Shown: positions 53,711 to 64,000 of the stretch, in pieces
Numbering within the stretch: the stretch's first letter is position 1
How the letters are laid out: each line of letters opens with the position of its first letter
Source of the DNA: the human T2T-CHM13v2.0 reference genome, Homo sapiens
Reading direction: 5' to 3' (one strand)
NCBI RefSeq assembly: GCF_009914755.1
Contig: NC_060937.1
Length of the DNA: 64,000 bases
Notes under the pieces: model-generated
Told to the model about the DNA's origin: nothing
What the model saw: only the letters and a program-made list of their open reading frames with translations
Databases searched by the model: none
Translations under genes and position numbers: made by a program

Positions 53711-54098
53711 TGTATTAGTTTGTTCTTGTACTGCTATAAAGAAATACCTGAGACTGGATAATTTTTAAAGAAAAGAGGTTTAATTGGCTGACAGTTTTGC
53801 AGGGTGTACAGGAGGCATGACTGGGGAGGACTCAGGAAGCTTACAATCATGGCAGAAGGCAAAGAGGAGGCAGGCACTTCTTACAAGGCTAGAGCAGGAG
53901 GAAAAAAGAGTGAGTTGGGGGAGGGGTCATACACTTTTATACAACCACCTCTCAGGAGAACTCACTCACTATCATGAGAACAGCAAGGGGGATGTCTGCC
54001 CCTATGATCCAATCACCTTCTACCAGGCCCTTCCCCCAACACTGGGGATTACAATTCAACATGAGATTTGGGCAGGGACACAAATCCAAACCATATCA
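53711..54098 (-). mobile_element. MSTA-like solo LTR
   Basis: tgtattagt...caaatccaaaccatatca, with a perfect 5-bp TSD ccttc. Confidence 0.92.
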
Positions 54099-54585
54099 CC
54101 TTCCTACTCACACTTCCTGAGGGGATATACCATGCTGAGAGCTCTTATCCCTCCATGGTCAAGACCATCAGTGCCCCCACCAGTGGCCACCGACCTCAGG
54201 TATACCCATTCATAATCAACTACAGAAGATTTTTTTCATATCTCTCAAAAAGATGAGCTAGATCTATTAAATTCTTCTCTCAAGAATTTGAACTTGGGAA
54301 ATCAAGACACTTGGATGGTTAGGAACGTAGCTATAATGAAAGGGTACGAGGCAGCATTTAAAATTTAAGTAACAATCTGTGAGTTCCCCCAATGGAAGGA
54401 GTTGGAGAAAATAGCAGTCATCGACAGCGCCACAGGATTGCACATCTGGAGTTGTGCTGCAGGGGGGGGCCATTCACATAGGACACCTGTGACTGGCGCG
54501 TCCTGAAGCAGTGCAATGCAGTAGCCCTGATCGTCTTGCTTCCTGGCATCTTTCTGTTCCAGTTCCAATTGCTATATATCTCTAT

Positions 54586-54752
54586 CAGTGGCTAAACTTT
54601 GCTGGGCATTAGAATGTTTTCAAAAGTCTTGATTTCCAAGTCACATTCCAGACTGATTAATTCAGAATCTCTGGGGTGACAACTGGATCTCAGTAGTTTT
54701 TTAAGAAACTCCTCAGGTGAGGTCAATGTGTCACCAAGTTTGAAAATCACTG
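54586..54752. mobile_element. MER5A (hAT-Charlie MITE)
   Basis: cagtg...cactg ends and internal 'tcagaatctctgggg'. Confidence 0.75.
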
Positions 54753-54854
54753 ATAGTCCTTTCCCCGTTTTTGGAAGTCATTTGAGCAGGTCTCTGTTGC
54801 AACCAGTAGATCCTTATGCATCACTCTTCCCAAAGGGACTTTGACACTTCTGTG

Positions 54855-55253
54855 TGTAAGATTTTCCCCGGAGCCTGAAAGCTTAAAGAGATAAATAACT
54901 CCTCCTTTCTCAGGCCCAGTCCCAAGCCGCAAGGCTACTTTTGCCAGTAGCGTGCCCCAGCAAGATAGCAGAAGCAGGAAAAGAGCCGCTGGAAGACACT
55001 TACCCAGGTGGAAAGACACGTACACCTGAAGATCGAAAAAGAGGCCATCCGGGTACAACGTAGCAGTTACTTCAGACTAGGACACTTCCTGTTTACAGGA
55101 GACTCTAAAGCCTTTGCCCTGTCCTCACTTGGGGCTGAGGCCTAGTCAGCCCCCCTGCACCCAGGCGCTCATTAAAACAGCATGTTACCCCACACCGCCT
55201 CGTGTTATCTTTTGGCGTGCTCTTGGGGTTCAAACCGATACAAGAACCTTACA
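54855..55253 (+). mobile_element. LTR3-like (HERV-K HML-6) solo LTR
   Basis: tgtaag...cttaca inverted termini, perfect 5-bp TSD ctgtg, ATTAAA poly(A) signal, and CpG-rich low-divergence sequence. Family call from recall. Confidence 0.8.
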
Positions 55254-55930
55254 CTGTGGTGTTCTGGATGGTAGGATATGATCTATGACAGTCTTTTAAT
55301 TGACTGGCTGTCATAATTCTTATCTAGCAAACTCTCCTGCATTTTGTCTGACATTGTAAATAGTGAGGTAAATAGTGAGGTACATTACTGGCCAATTTCA
55401 TGTGCTATTTGAATACCTTTTTGCATGAAAATAAGAATTATGTAAAACAGAATCTTGTTTCTGTTCATCCTTCCTGCCCCATTCCCTTTGGTGCTTCTGT
55501 GGATGGGATGAGTCATTCTCGGCTACAACTGGACCAGAGAGTTTATTTTAAAATACACGACAAAAGTTGATTGTGCATTTTTTCTTCTGGCATTTCTTCA
55601 TATTGGTTTCAGCCTGCTCATTTTCTACCATGTTTTTTTCCCTCTGCCTGGATATAAACTTTCCTGTTCCAGCAGCTGCTGGCAGATGCCTATAGTTTAT
55701 AAAATAGTACAAAAGATGTAAGAACTATATCTGAGAATGGCCACTTTTAATGACAAATTAATTTGTGCTCTGGATAATTTTTTTTATTAAATGGGCACAG
55801 AGGAACAGGCTTTTCTGCCCACTAGGTGACTTACTCCTCTGTTTGCTGGAAGAATCATTGATCATCTGCTGTTATTAGCAGTATCCACCTAACCCAGCAC
55901 CTGAGTACAACTTTTAGAAATGAGGTTAAA

Positions 55931-56048
55931 TAATCTGATTCCGGAGAGACAAATCGTTTAGGGTCAATAGTGACAGATAGGACCTATTTTAATCTGATTC
56001 CAGAGAGACAAATTGTTTAGGATCAATAGTGACAGATAGGACCTATTT
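55931..56048. repeat. Tandem duplication, 2 x 59 bp with 3 mismatches
   Basis: Units 55931-55989 and 55990-56048 read directly from the sequence. Confidence 0.95.
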
Positions 56049-56339
56049 CCAGCCAGAAACCACAATTGTGATTTCCTCAGTACTCCCTTGAAAAAGTAAC
56101 AAAGAGCAAACATGAACTAAGCATTTTCCAGACAGATTTGTAGAGCTGGGGTTATTTACAGCGTTCCAAGTTCCAGTCTGCAATGAACATTAATAATTCT
56201 TGATTTCTTTAGTGAGTCCAGTGCCCTTCTTTAGTGAGTCCAATGTCCATTTGAACCACAGGAGATGTCAGCCACAGGAGAGACTGTAAGAATGTCGGGC
56301 CAAATATTTTAGAGATGAAAGATTAATGCTCACCAGTGT

Positions 56340-58330
56340 TAGAACACTCCCAGCTCTTTCTATCTTTGCTTTTCCACCTGCTCTTCTTCCCTGCCTGGTG
56401 AACTCATCCTCATCCTTCAAGGTCCAGCTCAAGAGATACTTCTGTGAAGGTTCCTCTGACTTCTCATATCGGGAGATGAGAGCCCTGGACATAATGTTAT
56501 TGTGTTTATTGTTCTCTTGAGGTCACTTAGCCATGGCCTAGCTTTCTCACTAGACTAAAAACCCCTTAAGGTGAGACTGTCTCTCTTATTTGTCCCTCTC
56601 TCACAGCCTATAGAAGTTCCTGATGGCACATAGCTTGTACTCAATCAATAGATGGTGAATTCAGAAGCCTATGTAAATAACACTGGGGGGATAGACAGGA
56701 ATCAGCATTTCTTAAGGATGCCCCATGTGTCCAGCACTTGCACATATTATCTCATTAAATCTTCTCAACAACCTTCCAAGATAAATATAAATATGATTAT
56801 TGGGACTCAGAAGTAGTAAGGATCTTAATAAGACCCTTAGGTAATAAGAGACAGGGCTGAAAGTCAAACCTGGATCTCTTTGACTCCCAATCACATTCTC
56901 TCTCCACTCCACGGTAAGCTGAGTTACCTTAAAAGCTTCCTGTAAAAAAGAACAATATATTCATTTGCCTTAAATAGAACATGCTAACGAGCACAAATCA
57001 CTTCATTTGGAAATTGCCATTCTGAAGATATTAACTTAATTTTAGTCTCTCATATGCAAAACTTTTGAAGAGTGTAAGTATCCTTAAGTGCACAGGGAAG
57101 TGGTTCTTTCAGGAAAAATTTGAGTATGGCCCATGCACATATTCAGTGTCATCATTAAATTAAAAGTATTAAGTGGTTTCATTACATAGGAATCCATGTC
57201 ATGGTAAGTTTCTTTCAGAGGACCAGTTTAGAAATGCAGCCCAGGATGTGTCAGTACCTCTCAAAAGGAGAAACATCCTACAGTAATAATAACAAAGTGA
57301 TCTCAACCTAGCAAAGATTATAATAGAATAGCCCCATTTATAGATAAGCTTAGATCTTAGAGAAGGAAGGTGAGGAGGAGTAGGAGTCACCTTTCATCAG
57401 CACTTACTATATGCCAGGGACTGTGCTAAGTATTACTGGCCTCAGCTCGATTCCCTGCAAGAACTCCATGACATAGACACTTATCCTCATTTTGAGTATA
57501 AAGAAGCAGGGGTTTAGGGAGGTTAAATGACTTCTCTTAGTCCCACTGCTTGTAAATGACTCTTGCAGTCTTAGACTGACACCAAAATTTAAGCTTCTCT
57601 ACTAACACCAAAAGACAGTAAAAATAGTGGGGGTGTTAACTGTGACAGCCCTTTTAAAATACATTGTCAGCATCTATGAAAATTTAAATGTGCATACCCT
57701 ACAACTCAAAAATTCTACTTCTTAGTGTTAGCTCAAGAAAAATTCTTGCACATGTGTACAAAATTGTTTGTGATAGCAGAAAACTGGAAACAATTTTTAG
57801 GTTTATGTCCTTCCAAAGGAAAATCACTTTAAAAAGTGATACTGTATCCATGCTATGGAATAATGCATACCTGTCAAGTTCTCAAAGACATAATGTTGCT
57901 GTAGAGGTAGCAGATGGTAGTATGATACAATAAAATACTACACAAAATCCACATCTTAAAACATTAGCATATATGCATATATGTATATTTGCAAAATTGA
58001 TGGAAAGAGAATGGAAGGATACAGACCAATCTAATAGCAGTGGTTACCTTCATTGTTGGGGTAGGAAATGGACCAGGATTGCAGGGAGTGGGCAAAGGGA
58101 ATTTGAGCCTTATTTGTAATGCAAAATGAATGCTTCCTTCCTCCTTTTCTCCCTCTCTTCTTCCTGGTTCAGTTTCAAACCTCATTCTACCATGAGCATA
58201 TCTGATTGGCAGACTCTAACCCATATCCAGAAGCCTAACTACAAGGAAGTCTGGAAATGTCAGTTTTAGCTTTCTACCCTCCCCTTGCTATCATAGAAAA
58301 GGGTTGGGCTGCATGCTGAGCTCTCAATAC
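56340..58330. mobile_element. Run of ancient fragments: L2, MIR, MIR, L1ME, MLT1
   Basis: Recognisable cores at about 56340-56670, 56730-56900, 57390-57600, 57640-58130 and 58150-58330. Confidence 0.55.
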
Positions 58331-58976
58331 ACACAATAATAATTCAGGCAATAAATACTTTGGCCAAATTTCCAAATAAAATCAGGTTAAAGGAAAATGA
58401 TAGAATTGTGAATCACATGGATTTTTATATAACTTCTTTCTCTATGAAGTCAACTATAATCTGAAACTGCAATGGTATAAGCACACAAGAGAAAGAAGCC
58501 ATGCAAAAGATCTTGAACTTTTATGAACTCTGACATTTCTGTTATCCTCCCCAGGGTGCTACTCCTCTATCTAACCTGTTGAAAGACAGCCCCATGAAAG
58601 AAGCATCTATTTGGTGCTATTATAAGTGAATTGTTTTCATAATTCATTTAAGTTATTTAAAAATGTATCTAGAAATGCAACTGATTTTTGTGCATCAGCT
58701 TTGTATCCTGCCACTTTCTTGAAATCGTTTATTAGCCCTAGCAGTTTTTTGGTGGAATCTTTTGGGATTTCTACAGATAAAATTATATCATCTGTGAATA
58801 GATCATGTGACTTCTTCCTTCCAATTTGTATGCCTTCAGTTTAATTTAATTTTTGTCTAATTGCTCTGACTAGAACTCCCAGTATTATGTTGAATAGTAA
58901 TGGTGAGAGTGGGTATCCTTGTCTTATTCTTTATCTTAGATGAAAAGCCTTCAGTCTTTTCCTATTGAGTATGATG

Positions 58977-59065
58977 GTCTACAGCCATACCACCCTGAAC
59001 ATGCCTGACCTCATCTGATCTCAGAAGCTAAGAAAGGTCGGGCCTGGTTAGTACTTGGATGGGAG
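58977..59065 (+). pseudogene. 5S rRNA retropseudogene, nt 1-89, 3'-truncated with no poly(A)
   Basis: By manual alignment, 80/89 identity to recalled human 5S rRNA (GTCTACGGCCATACCACCCTGAAC...GTACTTGGATGGGAG). Flanked by TSD gagtatgatg/gagtataatg. Confidence 0.95.
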
Positions 59066-60789
59066 TATAATGTTAGCTGTGGGCTTTTCATATATGGATT
59101 TTATTATATTGTTTATTATATATATTGAAGGTAGTTTTCTTCTCTTCCTAGTTTGTTCAGTGTTATTATCATAAAAGGGCATTGAATTTTGTCAAATGCT
59201 TTTTCTGAATTGATTGAGATGATAATGTGATTTTGTCCTTCAATTTGTTAATGTGGTATATTTCATTGATTGATTTTTATATGGTGAACCATCCTTGCAT
59301 TCCAGGTATAAGTGCCACTTAGTCATGGTGCATGACCCTTTTAATGTGCTGTTGAATTCAGTTTACCGGTATTTCTTTGAGGATTTTTGCACTGATATTC
59401 ATCAAGAATGTTAGTCTGTAATTTTCTTTTCTTGTTTTTAATATCTTTGTCCACGGTGTCAGAGTAATATTAGCCTAATATAATGAGTTTGGAAGTGTTA
59501 CCTCCTCTTCAATTCTTTAGAAGAGTTTGAGAAGGATTGATAAGTTTTAAAGAATGTATGGTAGAATTCTTCAGTGAAGCCACTAGTCCTGGGTTTGTTT
59601 GTTTGTTTGGAGGTTTGGAGGTTTTTGACTAGTGCTTCAATCTCCTTGCTAGTTATAAGCCTGTCCAGATATTTTATTTCTTCAGGATTCAGTCTTGGTA
59701 GGTTGTGTCTAGCAATTTATCCATTTCTGCTAGGTTATACAACTTATTGGGTGTAATTGTTCATAGTAGTCTTTTGTAATCCTTTTAACTTTTGCAATAT
59801 CAGTTGTAATGCCTTCTCTTTCATTTCTAGTTGTATCTATTTGAGTCTTTTCTCTTAGTCAGCTAATCATTTGTCAATTTTGTTGATCTTAAAAAAACTC
59901 AGTTTCATTGGTTTCTCTATTGTTTTGCTATTCTCTATCTCATTTATCTCTACTGTAATCTTATTATCTCCTTTCTTCTAACTTAGGTTTAGTTTGTTCT
60001 TTTTCTAGTTTCATGAGGTGGAAGTTTAGGTTATTAACTTGAACTCTTTTTTTTAATGTAAACATTTATCACTATAAACTCCCTTCTTAGTAGAGCTTTT
60101 GCTGCATCCTGTAAGTTTTGGCATGTTGTATTTTCATTTTTATTTGGCTCCAGATATTTTCTAAATTCTCCTCTGATTTATTCTTTGATCTATTGGTTGT
60201 TTGAGAGTGTATTGCCAAATTTCCACATTTATAGATTTTTCTGTTTTCCTTCTGCTATTGATTAATTTTATTTCATTGTGGTAAGAGAAAAATACTTTGT
60301 ATAATTTTATGTCTTTATTTCTGTGGATGTTTGCTTCATATGGGTTCTCCGCTGCTAGGTGGATATACATTAATAATTGTTATATCTTCTGGGTGAATCA
60401 GCCCTTTAATCTTTATATAATGTCCTTCTTCATCTCTTGTGAGTTTTTTCTTAAAGTCTATTTTGTCTAGTGTAAGTATGGCCACCTCTGCTCTCTCTAG
60501 GTTCTCATTATATGGAATATCTTTTCCCACTCTTTTAGCCTATGTGTGTTCTTAGATCTAAAGTGAGTCTCTTTTAGACAGCATATGGTGGGATCTTGTT
60601 TTTTATCCATTAAGCCTGTCAATGTCTTTTAATCGGTGCATTTAATCTGCTTACATTTAAAGTAATTACTGATAGGGAAGGATATGCTATTACCATTTTG
60701 TTAAATCATTTTCTGTCTGTCTTATAGCTTTTTTGTACTTCTTTTCATCTCTTGCTTATTTCCTTTGCATTTTGTTGATTTGTTGTTGT

Positions 60790-61385
60790 TGTTAACCCAA
60801 AATATCTGAGACAGGTCTCAGTCAATTTAGAAAGTTTATTTTGCCAAGGTTAAGGATGTGCCTGTGACACAGCCTCAGGAGGTCCTAATGACAAGTGCCC
60901 AAGGTGTTCAGGGTACAACTTGCTTTTATACATTTCAGGGAGACATGAGACATCAATCAATATGTATAAGATGTACATTGGTTCATTCCACTAGGGCAGG
61001 ACAACTAGAAGTGGGAGCTTCTAGGTCACATGTAGATAAGAGACAAAAGGTTGTATTCTTTTGAGTCCTTGATCAGCCTTCCACTGAATATCCAATTTAG
61101 TCTGGCTCAGTGAATCTGCATTTTTACATAAACAATAGGGCAGAGGAAGCAATCGGATATGCATTTGCCTCAGGTGAGCCTTGGAGGGATGACTTTGAGT
61201 TCTGTCCTTTGTCCATAAGGAATTTCCTTATGGGCAAATTGTGAGAGAGGTATGTAGCTTCTTACCTTTGTAGCTATCTTATTTAGAAATAAAATAGGAG
61301 GCAGGTTTGCCTGACATAATTCCCAGCTTGACTTTTCCCTTGGCTTGGTGATTTTTGGGGTCTTAAGATTTATTTTCCTTTCATA
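60790..61385 (-). mobile_element. MER4A-type ERV1 solo LTR
   Basis: 'aaaatatctgagacaggtctcagtcaatttagaaagtttattttgccaagg...tttattttcctttcata', with TSD ttgt/ctgt. Confidence 0.9.
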
Positions 61386-61667
61386 CTGTAGTGTCATGTT
61401 TGAGTCCCTTCTCATTACCTTTTGTGTATACTCTATAAATATTTTCTTTGTGGTTACAAATGCAATTACATAAAACATCTTAAAGTTATAACAATCTATT
61501 TTACATTGATAAACTCATTTGCATATATGATCATGTAAAAAAACATTACTGCATTACATTTCTGTCCCCTTTTATGTTGTGGATGACACAAAATACCTTT
61601 TTATATTATATATCCATTAACATATTTATAATTATATTTTTGCTTGCTAAAACTTATTCTATACCAG

Positions 61668-62102
61668 TGATAAAATAAAAACTTCAGCCAAATTAAATTT
61701 GAAGGAGTTTAATTGAGCAATGAACAGTTCGTGAATTGGGCAGCTTTCAGAATCATAGGAGATTCACAGAGACTCCAGTGCAGCCATGTGGTGTAAGAAG
61801 ATTTATAGACCAAAAAAAAAGAAGGAAATGATGTACAGAAATCAGCAGTGAGGTACAGAGTGGCTGGATTTGTTACAGCTCAGCGTATGCCTTATTTGAA
61901 CACAGTTTGAACACTCAGTAGTATATGAATGGCTGAAGTATGGCCACTGGGATTGGCCAAGACTTAGCTATTGTTACAACTACATACCACTAACTTAGGT
62001 TTACAATTGTTTCTGTCTATTAAGCTAGGTTATAGTTCATCCACAAGGACTCAAATGTAAAGTACAGAGTCCTTCTCAGGCTATATTTAGTTTGCTTTCA
62101 CA
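61668..62102 (-). mobile_element. MER57-type ERV1 solo LTR
   Basis: tg...ca termini with a perfect 4-bp TSD ccag. Contains 'cttcagccaaattaaatttgaaggagtttaattgagc'. Confidence 0.85.
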
Positions 62103-64000
62103 CCAGATTTATAAGTGATTTACTCAACTGTATAATAATACTACGGGATTCTATATATCTCTATATATTTACCATTACCAGGGAATTTAACATTTTCATA
62201 GGGCTTTTTGCAGCTGTTTATCACTCTTTTGTATCAATTTGTAGGACTTCCTTTTGCATTTTTTATAGGGTAAGGCAAGTGGTTACGGATTCCCTCAGCT
62301 TTTGTTTATCTGAGAAGGTCTTTATTTCTCCTTCAGTTTTGAAGGACAGCTTGGCCAGACATAGTATTTTTAGTTGGCAGGGTTTTTTTCTTTTGGTACG
62401 TTGAATATATTACCCCACTCTCTTCTAGTTTGCAAGGTTTCCGCTGGGAAATCTGCTGATAATATTGGTGCTCCCTTGTACATCATGAGTACTTTTCCCC
62501 TGATGCTTTCAAAATTCTCTCTTTATCTGTGACTTTTGAAAATTTGATTGTGATGCATGTCAGTGTAGATTTATTCTGTTTGGAGTTCTCTGAGCTTCTT
62601 GAATTTGCACATTCATTTCTCTCATAGATTTGGAAAACAGGGTGCCATTATTTTTTCAAATAGATTCTCTACCCCTTTTTCTTTTTCTTATCCTTTTGGA
62701 ACTCCCATAATGCACATGTTATTCTACCTGATGGTGTCTCAGAAATCTCTTAGACTCTCTTCATTGTTCTTTTGTTGTTGTTGTTGTTGTTCTGCCTTTT
62801 AAAAGTTTTCTATCTTCAAGTTTGTTGATTGTTTCTTCTGCCTAGTCAAGCCTGCTGTTGAGACCATCTAGTAAATTTTTCAATTCAATTATTGTATTCC
62901 AGGATTTCTGTTTTATTCTTCTTCATAAATTCTCTTTATTGATATTTTCACATTGTTCATGCATTTCTTTTCTAAGTTTGTTTAGTTGTCAGTCCGTGCT
63001 CTCTTTTTATTCATTGAGCATCCTGAAGATAGTAATTTTGAATTGTCTGGTAATTTACATATCTCTGTTTCTTTAAAGTCAGTTTCTGGAGATTTAACTT
63101 GTTCCTTTAAAAGTGTCATGGTTCTCTGTCTTTGCATGTTTTGTTGTTTTGTTGCTGCAGTTTCAGCATTTTAAGAATCAGCCAACTCTCCTATTATCTG
63201 GTTTTATACATACAGGAATTTCTCCAGTCAGCCAGGCTAGAAATTCTGGAAACTTCTCAAGCATTTTCTGGGTATAAGTCTTTCCTCGGCTTGTGGGTGT
63301 AATCTGTTTGAAGACGTTTCCCAACATCTATTCAGGAGCTCTCCCTGGTGTTTGTCTGTGATACTGCAGCCTCTCTGGTGCTGTAGTAAATAGTGGTACT
63401 GGAGCTCCACCCAGTGTCTATCTTTGGTACTACTGACTCTGGTGCATAGTTGATCATTGTTCTTGGCAATCCTTAGGTGACCTATTCCAGTCAGTGCAGT
63501 CTCAGGCACACAAAAGTCCCTTGGGCAGCATCTCTAAAAATCAGGAGGTCTGATACCCCTTCCACTCCTTTCTCACCTCAAGGAGAAGACAAGAGTTGAG
63601 GGTTTCCTCCCAATCACATGTTGGAGTGGGAGGGATGTTCTGATGAGAAAGAATGGAGAATGCCACAGGTTTTTCTACTGGGCTTCAATGTGGTTGGCTT
63701 CGTGATCAGTATAAGAACCTTTTAACTGACTTTTGGTTTTCTTACAGAGGCATTTGGTCTGACTGTTGTTGCTAATTTTGTGTCCCGTGGGAGAAGAAGA
63801 GACTAAGGCTTTCCGTCCTGCCCTTTTCCTGATGTTTCTCCTCTGATTTTTATAATCAGAAGCACAGTAAAAAAAAAAAAAAAAAAGAAACACACACACT
63901 TTTTCTTTCTCATGATCCTCATCTTCCACTACTTTTGACGCCAATGGTTTGAGTTTGATTTCTTTTTTAAGACAAAAATTTATGTTACCAACTACCTGTT

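Larger units (their letters stand above)
58610..63880 (-). mobile_element. Long decayed L1 (L1M/L1MA-type): 5' region, ORF1 and the N-terminal part of ORF2, hosting three insertions
   Basis: Minus-strand endonuclease peptide 'AEVAILTLDKIDFKKKLTRDEEGHYIKIKGLIHPEDITIINVY', and antisense ORF1 text at 62200-63100. Confidence 0.85.

Noticed and set aside
55931-56048. Possible CRISPR-like or array structure
   Set aside because: Only two abutting units with no spacers, in a eukaryotic context: a simple tandem duplication.

Overview
Primate (very probably human) genomic DNA. It holds the single coding exon of the cysteinyl leukotriene receptor 2 GPCR (CYSLTR2, 1078-2118, + strand, splice acceptor 1 nt before the ATG) and its probable 3' UTR. 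About 58 kb of gene-poor, repeat-dense sequence follows. That stretch contains Alu, L1, L2, MIR, MaLR/ERVL/ERV1/ERVK LTRs, DNA-transposon fossils, a full-length THE1 element, and a decayed two-LTR ERV1 provirus with a tRNA-Arg PBS and a gag N-terminal remnant. I see no second protein-coding gene and no convincing new multi-gene system. The items most worth a second look are small: a tailless 5S rRNA retropseudogene, an Alu monomer with a BC200-like unique tail, a MADE1 hairpin with mirror-image substitutions, an inverted duplication in the probable CYSLTR2 3' UTR, and candidate CTCF/AP-1/FOX:ETS sites. Repeat subfamily names come from recalled consensus sequences, not a database search, and boundaries of old repeats are approximate.
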